Shown in pieces: positions 50,701-64,000 of a DNA stretch of 64,000 nucleotides (its first letter is position 1; each line of letters starts with the position of its first letter). The translations under genes were made by a program, and so were the position numbers. The notes under the pieces were generated by a model that was not told the DNA's origin, ran no database searches, and worked only from the letters and a program-made list of their open reading frames with translations. The DNA comes from Takakia lepidozioides (Eukaryota > Plantae > Bryophyta), in the NCBI GenBank assembly GCA_030704615.1, contig CM060733.1, forward strand, positions 46,624,001 through 46,688,000, in the 5' to 3' direction.

Positions 50701-50852
50701 CTGCTCCTCTGATAGCGTGCACAGACTGCTCTACTAATTGCGAGCTTTTGCATTGCCTCCAAGTGTGTAGTGGGAGGAAGACTTGTGGCTGGCCGCTGCA
50801 GTTTCGATAGAGAGCTGGAGAATATACAGGTAAGGACAGTGTTGAGAGGACG

Positions 50853-52637
50853 ATGGCACCCATAGATCCACACTCGTATACTGACTCCTCCCACCCGCTC
50901 ACTCGCCATGTTGGGCTGTCACTCTTCCTCGATTTTCCCAGCAGAGTTATATCAGGCACTGCTACTCTGACCCTGGAGGCCCCGCATGAGGGAGCGTTTT
51001 TCCTGGACACAAGGGACTTGACTGTAGACAGCGCCGTGGACGCCCAGGGTAACCCTCTTTCTTTCTCTCTCCAAGAGCCTGACGAAGTGCTGGGCTCTCG
51101 TTTGATCGTGTCTCTGCCTCAAGGAACAGACAAGTTCTCCGTCACCTACAGAACCTCGCCTACAGCTTCGGCTGTGCAATGGCTGGAACCCTCACAGACT
51201 GCTGGTGGGAAGCAGCCTTATGTGTTCACGCAGTGTCAGGCAATCCATGCCCGCTCGATTTTCCCTTGCCAGGACACTCCCAGAGCCCGAATCAAGTACT
51301 CGGCCGACGTGAATGTGCCTGCAGATACTACAGTGGTCATGTCAGCTGCTCATGTTGGCAGGTTCGATGAAGAGGACGGTCGAGCGCTGGAGCGCTTCAC
51401 GATGCAGCAGCCCATTCCTCCTTATCTTTTTGCGCTCGCGGCTGGCAACATTGATCATCTGGACATAGGCCCCCGTTCCAGGGTGTACGCGGAGCCTTCT
51501 GTGGTGAAGGCAGCCGCGTATGAGTTTGCCAACACAGAGTCAACCATCAAGCAGGCTGAGGCTTTGTTTGGGCCGTATGAGTGGGAGCGCTTTGATGTGC
51601 TGGTGATGCCCCCGAGTTTTCCCTACGGTGGGATGGAGAATCCGCGCATGGTGTTTCTAACCCCCACACTCATAGTGGGGGACCGCAGCGGAGTGGAGGT
51701 GGTGGCCCACGAGCTAGCTCACAGCTGGACCGGGAATCTCATCACCAATGCCACTGCCAATGATTTCTGGCTGAACGAAGGATTTACAACCTACGCTGAG
51801 CGTCGAATTGTGGAAGCTCAGGAGGGGGAGGATCGCGTGGGATTGCACTTGGGCTTGGGCTGGGGCGGACTCAAGGAGGAGATCGATCGATTTAAGGATA
51901 AGCCGCAGTTCACCAAATTGAAGATGGATTTGAAAGGGGTAGATCCCGATGAGATCTATTCGCGAGTCCCTTACGAGAAGGGCTTCCACTTTCTCCGGCG
52001 CCTGGAGAGTCAGATGGGGCGGCCCAGTTTCGATGATTTTCTTAAGAAGTACATCGCCAAGTTCAGGTTCCAGTCGATCGACACAGAGACGTTCTTAGGA
52101 TTTCTCCAGGAGCAAGTCCCAGGCATCGAGAATGCGGTTGATTTGAACACATGGGTGTATGGGACCGGCATACCCGCCGATGCAATTGAGCCAAGCTCGG
52201 GAGTCCTCAACAAGATTTTGGGGCTGGCTGCAGCATTTCAGGCTGGACGGTGGCTTACCAACTCGGAGACCCAGCATTGGCAGACCCAGGAGTGGGTTGT
52301 CTACTTAGACAACTTGCCCAAGAAACTGAGCGCCGACCAGATGAACGAGCTTGACAAACAGTTCCATTTCTCTTACTCCAAGAACTGGGAAATTCGGGTT
52401 GCATTCTTAACAATAGCAGCCCAGTCCGGCTACCAGCCATGCTTTCCAGCAATAGAGGAGGCGCTGCATAGTGTGGGACGTATGAAATATTTGCGACCTC
52501 TTTACTCCGGGCTTGTGGAGGGCTCTGCAGAGGGCAAGGAGCTCGCCAAGCGAGTGTTTGTGGACGCCAAGCCCAAGTATCACCCCATCGCACAAACCAT
52601 AGTTCAGGGATTGTTGACAAAAGTTGGTCTATTGTGA
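50853..52637 (+). CDS. LTA4H: Leukotriene A4 hydrolase homologue / M1 leucine aminopeptidase (594 aa, single coding exon)
   Basis: MAPIDPHSYTDS N-terminus, FTQCQAIHARS, GGMEN, HELAH...WLNEG zinc motif, VPYEKG, GRMKYLRPLY; uninterrupted ORF. Confidence 0.97.
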   Translation: MAPIDPHSYTDSSHPLTRHVGLSLFLDFPSRVISGTATLTLEAPHEGAFFLDTRDLTVDSAVDAQGNPLSFSLQEPDEVLGSRLIVSLPQGTDKFSVTYRTSPTASAVQWLEPSQTAGGKQPYVFTQCQAIHARSIFPCQDTPRARIKYSADVNVPADTTVVMSAAHVGRFDEEDGRALERFTMQQPIPPYLFALAAGNIDHLDIGPRSRVYAEPSVVKAAAYEFANTESTIKQAEALFGPYEWERFDVLVMPPSFPYGGMENPRMVFLTPTLIVGDRSGVEVVAHELAHSWTGNLITNATANDFWLNEGFTTYAERRIVEAQEGEDRVGLHLGLGWGGLKEEIDRFKDKPQFTKLKMDLKGVDPDEIYSRVPYEKGFHFLRRLESQMGRPSFDDFLKKYIAKFRFQSIDTETFLGFLQEQVPGIENAVDLNTWVYGTGIPADAIEPSSGVLNKILGLAAAFQAGRWLTNSETQHWQTQEWVVYLDNLPKKLSADQMNELDKQFHFSYSKNWEIRVAFLTIAAQSGYQPCFPAIEEALHSVGRMKYLRPLYSGLVEGSAEGKELAKRVFVDAKPKYHPIAQTIVQGLLTKVGLL

Positions 52638-53613
52638 GTGAGGACCTCTCGTCGCTCTCCTACACTCCACCTCCAGGGGTGGAATGATGCCAGATTTTGC
52701 AGTAACCATTTTAGCGGGTGGGTGACGGCAGAATGCCATTTATGCAATGCAATGAATGTGTTCCTACAGGTAGAGAGCTCAGGGAAAGAATTGAAAACCC
52801 TGCAACAAAGCTTTCTTTCCCTCAGTTCTTAGACTGAAAATGACAAAAGAGATCTGTTTTGAAGAAGGGGTGTTTCAACTAAAGACACCCCAAAATCTGA
52901 GGAGATTTGAGTATGTTTATGTTGGCAGGTTGATGGGACAATACACCAACTGATCTGCTGCCTTCATAACCATTTTTACCATGAATCATTTATTTCCTCT
53001 CTAATGTCATACCCCCTGGCAAAATGTCTTGCAACAGACACCTGTGGATGGGTTTCTCTTGCCCTCTTCAGCCAGCCCAAGAGTTGGTAAGGTTTTCAAA
53101 CATGGTGTCATTGCTAATGTCTTTAGGAAATATTGTTAGCGTAGGTAGATTGATGGGGTAGGTACCAGCAGTACATTTGTGCAGCAGGAAGAAAAAGCTC
53201 TAGGCATTCAACACCAAATTTACCCGGATTTTGCCCACACAAAGCATCAGATGGATAGTACTGCTAAAGCCCATCACCCAGATGCTTCATTGACCCTACA
53301 TAACCAGCACAATGTCATATGCCTTTACTGTTTTAAAATATTCTGTTTGGTACTGTGAAGTCTTTCCAGGCTTTGATAATTATGCAGCCTGGATGGGCAA
53401 TGCCACTATAACTATAAAAATCATGAGCCAATAGAAATTGGTCAGCAAAGCATGCTTCTAACTCATGTACGATGAAATAGATTTCCTTAGCACTTTTCCT
53501 TAGCACTAACCCATGTCCTCCACCTCTGGCTCCTATGACCAACCTCTTTAAGATTTCCCAGTTCTGCTGTGTTAAGTGCAGGAGTTCAAAGATAAACACG
53601 GTAGAACATAACC

Positions 53614-54025
53614 CTACTCCACTGGCCCTATTTCCACCTCTACCTCCTTCTCTGTAAAGCATTGGTAGATTATGCGCTCATCACGGGATGTCTTGTTACT
53701 TTCCACCACTGCACATCCTACCAGATCCTGCCATCCCCACAATGAATCAGCAATGACTGTCCATGCCATCCATGCGCTGACGACAGAAAAAGAGAAGCAG
53801 CAGAAACTTATTCTTCCTTCCACAGGAGAGCCAGAGGGAGAGGGAGTTCTTCAAGCAGAAAAGAACTTTGCTTGCCGCAACCTTGTGACCAAGGGCCCTT
53901 CAAATGGATTGACACAGTAAGATCTAGCCGTTCCCAGTTGGTCAGAATGGAACCAAAGAAGTGTACCAAGACCCCAGTAATTGGTTGGCGGTCGAGTGTC
54001 TCATGCAATAGAAGCTGGTAGAGAG

Positions 54026-54066
<41 letters not shown>

Positions 54067-57000
54067 ATAACATTCGCCCTCATTAAAACCATACTGGAGA
54101 GAGCCCAAATTTAACGTGGGACAAATGGAGACAAAGAGAAACTTCATAACATCCAAAGAGGGCCCCAAAAGTCCATGGGACATAGAACAAAAGAGACTCA
54201 TATGTGTTCTTAGCAACATACCTTGACGTTTCTATGGGACAGAAATTTGCCGATGGAGTGCAAGAGACGGCGTAAATCCTCCGACTGCAATCCCAATGAG
54301 AATTGACATGGTTTAATACGAGAAATACAGTATACGAGTATGGGATCAGGTCGTTCCTTGTCAGTGAAGTCATATTAATCTTCGTTTCCACCACAACAGC
54401 ATCACACCTTGAACATGTATGTACCTTGATGCCTTTCAGGTGAAGAAACATTCAAGGCATAGCATAGTCTACTTGACGCCAGAAAGTACATGTCCGTAAC
54501 ATGTGTAACTGTGATGCAACCAGACTACATGTGCATGGATACAATCAGATGTGCTTGAGATGCAGATTCACTCTGAAATAATCAAGGTCACTGCTTAGCA
54601 TATAGTATGTTGCACGGGTACATATCATTCCCTACTTTGCCAGCTACAGATATGGAAGTATCCAATTTTGCTTTAAAGGATGATCGCTACAAAGAGTGCA
54701 AAAAGCGCACATACCTTGAGGTATCCGACCCCATTTTTATCAAAGTAGCGGTAAGCCTGCAAGCACCAGAAACTTTCCTTACAACAACGTTGTCGAGATT
54801 CTCACAATCCCTCCTCCTAATCTCATTTTTGGCTACAGTTAAACCCTACGTCCTTTCTATGCTCAATATCAGGCCATTGAATGTAAACAAGTCCACATTC
54901 AGCTGTAGTGTTAGGAATCACAAGGACTATGCTCATGATGCTGTGATAGCATGTGTGCCACAAACAAGCATTGAGAATATCACTCTCCATATAATCACCA
55001 GTTGAATGTCGCACTAGGGAGGAATGGACCCATCACATTGTGCTTGCTCTAACCTTGTTGTCATAGATACAGCAGAACTGTAGATGCTCTAACCACTGTC
55101 TCACATGTACACAAAAACAAGGCAAATTGCTAAGGATGAAGGATTTAAAGGAACCATATATTTGGGTACCCTACAACCTGTCTGTCATTCGTCTGTCTTC
55201 TTCATAACTGTATGTGTTGGTGGAGGTCAAAGGAGAGGAGAAAGAGACTGAACATGCATGGCCTATGTGGGCAGCCATACCTGGAGCAGCTCCTGGTCCA
55301 CCACCACCTTCTTCTCCACCCTTCGTTCCTCGACTTTCTCTTCCTGTGAAACATATAACATGGGCACAATCAATAATAGAACCATAAACCAAGCACAGAA
55401 ATTGGTTACAGCTTGAGCACGATTTCTAGCCTAGTTTTACTATTTACGTGAAATGATAATCCATCTGGCAGATGAATGCTCCTCTCCCCAGAAGAATGCC
55501 AAAAAACGATTTGGCAACTCATCTACAACAGCAGGGTACAACAACATTCTCCACAGCTGATTCAGGGTACATACCTCCAATGAAGGCTCAGTGGTATCAG
55601 CCAACCAACCAACCATTTCAACCATTTCAACCATTTCAGCATCCCCTTCCGTCACCTCCTTTATTTCCTCATCGCTGGCCTCCATGATCTCTACACCGTC
55701 AGCAGTAGCCTCATGAACATCACCCACCTCTGACTCTTTCTTCCTGCCCCCTTCGTCCATTTTCTCCCTGTCGATTCCATTCTCCTCTATCTTCTCTGGT
55801 TTCATGACTTGTTCCTCAGTTTTCATCTCCATTTCAGCTCTGACCTCTGTCTCTAATTTAACCTCCGTCACATCTGGTTTGTCTGAAAACTTACTGCGCT
55901 TGCGCTGTGAGGATGAACCCTCAGCATCTGTGTCTTTCTCATTTTCAGGCTTTCGCTTCCGTTCCTCTCTCTGGCGGGCGTAACTCACCTCCCGTAACAT
56001 CTGCCATGTCTCCTTGTTTGGTGAGATGCACTCCAGATACAGAGGAAAGATACTAAGCATGCTTAAAGACAAGTATTGGAAGAAGATGCACTCATTGGTT
56101 TTGCCTTCCTACTGCAGACTAAGACATAACAGCCTTGACAGCTTAACCCTGGAAGGAATACTGACCTTCCTGGAACAGATCATTGGGATTTGATCAACGA
56201 AGGTATAAAGCTCTGTGAACAGTGGCACTTGTCCACACTTTACCAACAATACACTTACAAGGACCTGAGGGATTGTAAGTGCTGCAATTGAAAGCATACT
56301 ACAAAGGAGTGTTGATTTCAGCACTGTTCAGTGCCGTACCTCTCATAGACTTGGACATTTGCTGCTGTGGAAGCACAGCTAACTACACTATAGTTAGAAA
56401 AGGGATGAGGTAAGGGAAGCTGAGAGGGAGAGTAAGAGTTGCTTGACCCAGTAACTTTACATCCCTTGCACAACATAAAACCTTCAGGGGGAGCACAGCA
56501 GACAATAAAAAAAAAGCTGGGACGAGCCTCCAGCAGATTTCCCATCTCTTTTATCTTGTATTCAAGGAAGAGATGTCAACAACAGTCTGATGCTCTGAGA
56601 AAAAGCCATTTCAGAGCTTCAGAGCTCCATTTCAGAGCTCCATTTCAGAGTTTCCGCAAAATGTCTTCATTGCATCAGGCTTCTCTGGCCGCCTATTACC
56701 TACTGTCTTGGTATAAGAGTGTATGCTGACTATTGAGGCCCCAACCAGGCCCACATGGACATCCTGGCAGTGGCCTGTCTTGTGTGATTTGTCAGACTGA
56801 AAGTGCCATATGTTTAACTATGGCAATGAAAGATGACTCTCACATTAGGATTTAAACTTCCAGCACTAATGCTTCAACATGCAGGCATAACAAAAGCAGA
56901 TGGAGATCCAAACCCTGCAACATATTTTGCTGTTTCTACAGAACATGTAACATTTTATAACTGCTCAGGAAGATACCTTATGACCTCAAGAAAATGGACC

Positions 57001-60000
57001 CCATCAGTGGATATTTCATGCATTTTTGAGAGATGCTAAGCATATACTAAGAAAGGAAAGGAGTTAAAAGGTACAGGGGGAACCTCTAGATCTGACAGTA
57101 TGCGACTTCCCATTTTGAACTGCAGCATCTCTTGAAACACCTCAGCAAATAAAGAGAGCTGTGCAATGCACAAACATCCCAGCATCAGCACAAACAAAAA
57201 TGGCCCAGATGTCTACAAGTGACAAAAGGACCAGCAATAGTGTGTACTAATAAGAAAATGATGTTTTAGTTTATGATGGTCCAAAACAGGGCTTACAAAC
57301 AATAAGGCTGGTCCTGATGCCTTTCAGCTTCGATATCTTGGCATGTAGTAAAGAGAGGCATGAACACAACGAGAAAACATATCGACTGCAATTGTGCTAG
57401 AACATTCGAAATGTTGACAAAACAATTACATTCACAATTTTGTGGTAGCTATCACAGTAAATGTTTGTTTTATTCACCTCAAATGTGCATTCCTCCCTAT
57501 CCTCCTCGTCATAGTCCAGCAGCCCATCTAAAGAGATAGTCATTGACCGCATCTGCAAACAATAATGCCACACAAGGTTTGAGGAAAACAGTGAACTCCT
57601 GCTGAAGCAGCGTGAATACTTTTGTCTTTTCACCCTGAAGGGCTGCACCTAATGGTCATAATGGAATAACTGGTTGCCCACACCTTCCCCGAGGACTCGA
57701 AAACTCCCAGTTGGCTGTAACAGTGACATCTGACATACACTTCAGTGGTTTTGAGGCCACAACCACTTGCAAGGTCGCCTGGTGCCCTAACCACTGGGTC
57801 CTGTGTGGGATGCCAGTTTGAGGAATACAATAGGCAGTGACAGGTGCAGAGGGGAGAAAGACAGACCTGTATGGGCATGCAAGTATGTCTTACTATGCCA
57901 CATGTCTGTATACATGTCTCTACCTCACTGTCTCTGTTTCTCGTCTTTTAACATTCAAACAAAAGAGAACACCCCAGACAAACTCACAAAGTACAAACAT
58001 TCATCAGAACAAGCGTGGTAGCACTAGCCAGCCACACCACAAAAGACAGAGGAAACAGAAGGCTTAGGAAAAGGTTGCAAAAACAGTTTAGGAAAAGGTT
58101 CAGTTGCCACTAATATGGAAACCTGTAACTCAATGCAACAAGACTTCCATGCAATGACAGATTGGAGAATCAACGTCTCTTCTGCGCCTGCAGAGAGCCT
58201 TCAGAGAAAAGTCCGGACATGAACTCAACTTCAAGACAGAGTTGTAATTTCATACTTTAGTGGCTGTAGTGCGTTTGGTGGTAAGCACGAGGCCAGGCAC
58301 GAGGGGAGCGTCATCTTGAACTTTCACACCATCCTTATTGTCCTCTGACAGAACCTTACTATCTCCTTCAACCACTTCCTCTTTTGTATCTTCAGGATTC
58401 TTGATGTTAAGCTTTTCGTCTTTCTCAATGCTGATCTCGTCTCCTCCTACTGCATGAATTTCGTTCTCCTCTTTCACACCATTGGAGTCCCCTGAGTAAT
58501 GACCCCAAGTTCCATGGTGCTAAGTTCAATTGTGAGCCCATGTCCTGTAGAATTGGATGGCACTCATTGTTGTGCACCTAACTTAAGGAAAGCACTTCGC
58601 ATATGGGAACTAGCTACGATGTTGTCACCCCACACACCAGTCATTTGTTTCTCGTTGGACATGTTATACCAACTTTCCACCTGAAACATGGTTAGTTTAG
58701 GATGAAAGCCTTCTACCCACCACAGACTCTTGCATTGAGGTAAGCCAGCTGCACCTAGGTCACAACTGATTATTTTGAGCTAGACTAAAGGAAAGGAATT
58801 TAAACACAGATGCAACTAGCTAGGAATTTGTCACCATTCACATCACAGTAATTTGTTTCTGCTGGGGAATACTTGTACGAGCATTGGACTTAAAAGCTGG
58901 GTAATTCAGGCAGAAAGCATCCTACCACGGACCATTGCATTGAGGTTGGCATGCTCAAAACATACCATAAGGTAAAACAAACGAGGATACTATACAGAAT
59001 GTGAGAGAAGATTCTTCACTAACTATGACATAATACACAAATCCAGCCAAATGAGAACCACCTTCTTTCCAGTCTTCTTTCTTCTCTGGGCTCTTTGTTT
59101 CCTGCGGACACACAACCCAAACAATATCATTGACAGCAATGAATCCAGACGACAAGACTGACGTGTAGAAACTAGCAACCACACGACTGGAAGTACAATG
59201 GAATGAACACAAAACCATGTTCCAAACTGAAGGATGGCGACCCAAGACAATCCCTAGGTTCCTATGACTTTCACATGTTACAGGAATGGGGCAAACATGA
59301 GAATCTTGGTATCAGACAATCCCTACACTCATATGGCTCACTACCCCCAACAAATCCTCCCAAGATCCTACATGAGTTCTGAACTCTGGTTTGAGAGTTG
59401 CAGATTTCTCACAAGCTCAACAACAAACAGCAAGTCTCAGACCCCATTCTATGATTTAGGGGCTGCAGAGGAAGGAGTAACCTTTTCCTTCCTGGCAGCA
59501 GCTTCTCGCTCTAGCCGAACCTGCTGTCTCTCAGTCCATTGCATTTTCCAGTCCTCCAGCAAAGGCACACAGTCAGACAGGCTTGGAAGGAACATCACCG
59601 TAACATCCTTGTGGCTTGGCAGGCCCTCATCCCCTAGTCTTTCGTAGTGCACCTGCATCCATCAGTCCCCACACCTTCTGTACTTTGAACATGCAACTAT
59701 CCATGCTATAATGCCATATGCTATTTGCGCTTTTAGTGGACATTAAAAATCCTTTCTTCACCCTTCGACATTCGCTAGAACATTAATTGTGGTTTCTGGA
59801 CTTGTTCCTCTCTCATGTTTCCATTTTGTCCCATAAGCTCTATGAGCTTTCCGCGGACGTTATAAAGTACCATTTCATTTCATTTCATTTCATTTCCTTT
59901 TTCTCTCTTTCTGGAGCCTTCAATAATCAGATGTACTCACTCAAAAGCATCCATAGAACAGTATATTCTCTGAATAAGACTTTGCTAACTGAACATGCTC

Positions 60001-63000
60001 TTTAATCAAGGATAGAACAATTAACTCCCTCTATAACTTGATTTTTGAAAACTCCTAGAAAACAGCCTCAGGTCTAAGACAAACTCGCGAGACCAAAGTA
60101 ACTCCTAGCATTTAGTAGTGCACCTCTGCAAAACGTATCCAAGTCTTGCAACCACTTAAGTCCAGCTGGGTGGACTCCTTCGTGCACCTGCCCTCGCCCA
60201 TACAGACAAACAAAGCTATCACCATCAACCTCATCCTTTCTCCTATACAAGGAGCTCACAACAAGACTTGCAACAAGGTGTGTGTTTCAGGAGTTGAGGG
60301 GAGACAGATGTATCTAATGATTCTGGTGCCATGGGTTGAGACCAGAGAAGGAGAGCAAGAGAAGACACCAGAAAGGCGTAATCCTGCTGTAAGGCCATGA
60401 AAACAGACTAAAAAAATGTCACACTAATAGCATGGTCTTGAAATGGACATCAAAGCGCTCACTAGAAAGGCAGACGGATGCACATGGAACACAGTTAAGG
60501 TATTCACCTAATTGCAGTGCGAATCAAGGCATCCTCATCAGTAGCAGGGTTTCCACCATCGAGCTCTAGGTTCCAGGCACCTCCAGCAGCCATAATAGCA
60601 CTACGATCCTTACGGAGTGCCACAAACTTCAGCTGGTTATGCAAATGGGCAGGCTTCTCCTCAGGGCTCTTGTCAGATAGAATCTCAGTAAACCCTTCAT
60701 CACTCAATCCACCCATCAACATGACCTGCAGCAACCCCCACAAAGACTCAACATCACTCCTAAGGTCAAGGCACAATCAAGTAATACTGACAGTGTATCA
60801 GACAGGGAGAGAATGGGGTGAGGACTAAATGCTGTGTACGATTTACAGCCAAAAATTTAGAGTAGATCCAACTGCTTTGTGCTCATGATTAACACGAGAG
60901 CTGGAACAGCACTGAAGCCTCTCAATTTGCATTTAGCTTGCAAGCGATCAAAAAGTAGGGTGGGGTTCAAATGACATCAAAAGGCGCACAGATCTAAAAT
61001 TTTCAACCACATCCATTCTTTACCTGTGCTCTTCGAAGGACCCTAGAAGTAGTTGGCACAGGCCTGAATCAAGGAACAGGCAGACAGAATAAGGACTCAG
61101 ACAAAAGGGAAAATAAGGGTAGATCTGGAACATGTAAGTCCACAAAAGATGCAGGGTTGAAGCAGATCACACTTCAGCGTGAAGGCGCATATATAAGCAC
61201 ACATACAAACTGACGAAGAGAATGCACACCACAGCATTCGTGGGTTGGAAGCAGCAAAACAGTAGACGGGACAGGTGGGCGCAGTCAAGTGCCTGTCGAG
61301 ACCACTTCTTTCGTCCTCAAAAATGCTGAAATGAAATCGAAGGTGTTAAATTGGGGCCTGCTTACTGCTCCAGGCTATTAGAGCTGGGAGCTGGTATGTG
61401 TCTGTGTCACCTGGAGGGCGATTTGTCAAAACACACTTTCATTCTTCTCTTTCCCAGTTTTACCTTTGCGTTCCACGTGGTGGTTCGCGGTGCCAGCTTA
61501 GAAGTAGTGGTAGTAGGAGTGGTTGCTGAAGCCGAAGAAGGTAGCCCTTTGTTGGAGATCATTGGTGGGGCCTCCTTACTGGACTCGCCCTCATCCTCTA
61601 TGTCTACAGCCTCGTGCTCAAAGCTGTGGCAAATCCCATTCCAGGACCACGGTTGGTATGTGTCATGAAAGATCAAGGGGGGAGGGGGTATTTGAAATGT
61701 GTGTATCATGCTGTGTCAGCCTCAACGTTCCCCAATCCTACCTCGTTGCAGTAAAAGAGCGCAAGTTCCCTCTTATTGGTTTTCCAGAAGTAGCTTTTAA
61801 TCCAACATCCCAGGGGCTGAAGATTTTGTTAACAGGGGAAATTCATTTGCCTTGTTTCTGCTAACGTCTAGGAGGAGGCCTCACAAGTTCACACTGCAGG
61901 CCCCTGAGTGAAAGAAGGGCATGGAAAAGTGCAGATACTCCAACTGTGAAAAACAGAACATGCTCTTCAGCTCCCTACAGAGATGCTCACTGGTCAACAT
62001 GGAAGCCAAATGTGCAGTGCTCTCACAGTTGCATATTGACAGATTTCATGGTCAGCTGCTGGAATTTCCTGAAATCTTGTCAATGAAGCACTTTTCCGTA
62101 TCCTCTAGTAGCAGCAATCAGTGGAATTCCTCTTAATATAGTGAAGTGGAGTATATATAAGACTCCAGCAGCACTTCCACAAAACAAACGGTGAGCCAAA
62201 GTGCAGGAAGGTTCAGTTACATGCAACATCGTTGATTGACCAACCACAAGACAAACAGAGGCATCAAATTTTGCACAAGCATCCCATAAACTGCTCATAT
62301 CCTCAATATTGAGTCACAGAACATACTACAGCGGGGGAACTGTACCACCCGAGATAGATAAAGACAACAGACCTGATTGGTAGGTTCAGTCGCACATCCG
62401 CATCCTTGCCCATCCAACACGATACAAGCTGCAAAGACAAAAGCAGATAAGAGACGGAATGAGACACACACATATACAGAATGTACTCATAAGATGTTTG
62501 CCATAGCCTTGTGGCCATTGACCCGCGCTCAGTTCGAGCGAAACATAAAAGGGCAGTAACTACCCTTGTCAGGGGCATATGCCGGTAGTATGACTTACCT
62601 TGAAACATGCAACTGATCCAAGTTTTCCAGATATCATCTAGACATCCTGTCACACAAACGTCAATCTGCTGTGTGTGATTTGCCCAGTAACTACACCCCA
62701 AAAGGGCCTGGCTTTTGGCCTGGGCCTGGGCTTAGAGGAACAATTCCCTTGATGGAATTGAAGAGGGTGTCTCTCTGGTGAGAGTACCCAGCCACACAAC
62801 GAGCACTTACCATCCACCTTTCCTCTCTGCGTCTGTTTGCTGTTCAAAGGTAGGCTACCTGCCCTGAGTGGGTAAACCATTGAGGTCATCCATGATGGCC
62901 TCACCCATGTCACAGACTGGAAACAGGTTCAGGGAAGGTTTCTGCCTAACTTCATTTTCATCAGACAATTTCCTTGCAACAGAAATGGCTTTGGAAACTT

Positions 63001-64000
63001 CAGCGTCTAAGTCAGATTTATCTAGCAGGGTCAAGGCTTGCGGACACACACATATCGAAAGAATGTGCTCATAAGACGTTGTTTGCCGTAGCCTTGTGGC
63101 CATTGACCCCGCGCCCAGTTTGAGCGGAACACAAAGGGACACACATAGAAAGTGAGGCAGAGACAGACACACAGGTAAACGGTCAGCATGTATTGGGTTG
63201 TCGAGGTCGGTGATCAACACTCCTGGTTTACAAAGTTTGATCCAAAGTGTTTCCCGGCCCAGAAAACAGAAACAAGAGAAGACACTGAGAAGACACTTCA
63301 ACTGGTCTGTAGACGCCCACGTCCACATGAACTTTGTGAAGTCACACTGCGTACTGAAAGGATATTCCTTTCTGTTAAATATGTATTATTCATGTAGTAC
63401 GTCCACTATAGCCAACTTAAGGCAAGAACATTCCAATGTACACAAATGAACCAAAGACGCAACACAAGTAAGGCCAAGGGCATATTAAACCACATGGCAT
63501 TCACAAAGCTTGCATCAACAACTGCAATCTTAAGGAACTATACCTTGGAAAACTCAGGCACCACATACAGCTTGGAATACCGCTTGCAAATAGATGGGTA
63601 ATCACGTTCTGCGTCGAGCACACTATGCAACTCAATCTGAAAGTCCAGAATTCCATCTGTCAGTCTACGATAGATCTTAAGTTTTCTCAGAAGTATAGCT
63701 TCCACAGGTACCACTGCTTCCACAGAATTTTACCATGGCCCCATACACCACTTCCTCAAAAACCAATTGTGTTTTCAGTGACAAAAGTACATGCCCCATA
63801 CCAACTGAATGTCACTCAATTCACTGCACATGTCTCCTTTTGACATTCCCCAAACCCTTCATTTTTTTGCTTTCATACCTGGGGCATCCACAAAGCTCAA
63901 ACTGCTAAGCTCAGCTGTTGCAGTGTGATAGTTGAAGTTTGATAACCCGTCAGTTGATGCACATTTGCAAAGGAACAGTGGGAAAAGGGATGCACACCCA
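53614..64000 (-). CDS. RSA1: RSA1/EMB1579 (CCAR1/DBC1 homologue with EF-hand), 3' portion; 5' end beyond the window
   Basis: Exons include ERDYPSICKRYSKLYVVPEFSK (~63544-63636), the DBC1 domain (GGAWNLELDGGNPATDEDALIRTA ~60510-60725), VHYERLG...VMFLP (~59455-59652), SLDGLLDYDEED (~57476-57553), LFAEVFQEML (~57085-57160), AYRYFDKNGVGYLK (~54715-54767), SEDLRRLLHSIGKFLSHRNVK and the last exon DLVGCAVVESNKTSRDERIIY...stop at 53614. Confidence 0.88.
54020..54064. repeat. (GA)n microsatellite
   Basis: About 22 GA units with one interruption. Confidence 0.95.

Noticed and set aside
50853-52637. Intronless LTA4H as a retrogene or horizontal transfer
   Set aside because: The sequence is typical of plant LKHA4, and no poly-A remnant or TSD was seen.

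Overview
Eukaryotic land-plant genomic DNA (bryophyte or other seed-free plant by inference), split into two halves. Bases 1-~37,760 are a nested, mostly decayed transposon island. It holds four pieces of a Mutator-like transposase (GCM-type Zn domain + DDE + SWIM) and a complete 4.2-kb Pack-CACTA with TIRs and TSD carrying PPR/OSB-type fragments. It also holds a second CACTA remnant with the same cargo, a DUF7869/Sola-like transposase, two Ty3/gypsy remnants (one with a PHD-finger integrase) and a hAT end. Bases ~38,000-64,000 hold three ordinary host genes: an ACT-domain STY/Raf-like kinase (+), an M1 aminopeptidase LTA4H/LKHA4 with an intronless CDS (+), and the 3' part of RSA1/EMB1579, a CCAR1/DBC1 homologue (-). 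The most interesting signal is an accessory gene lying opposite the Mutator-like transposase. In one element it is a spliced ParB/Sulfiredoxin-type gene (VWDGN[Y]RLQAW). In another it is a spliced remnant of a bacterial-type N4C/N6A DNA methyltransferase C-terminus. Both elements carry many copies of a shared 22-bp palindrome, TGAAT-K-TCG-N4-CGA-M-ATTCA, which in one element forms a helically phased ~63-bp array. This suggests a transposon-encoded ParB / parS-like site / amino-methyltransferase system. All copies here are pseudogenised, and the ParB-MTase fusion is inferred, not seen in one ORF.
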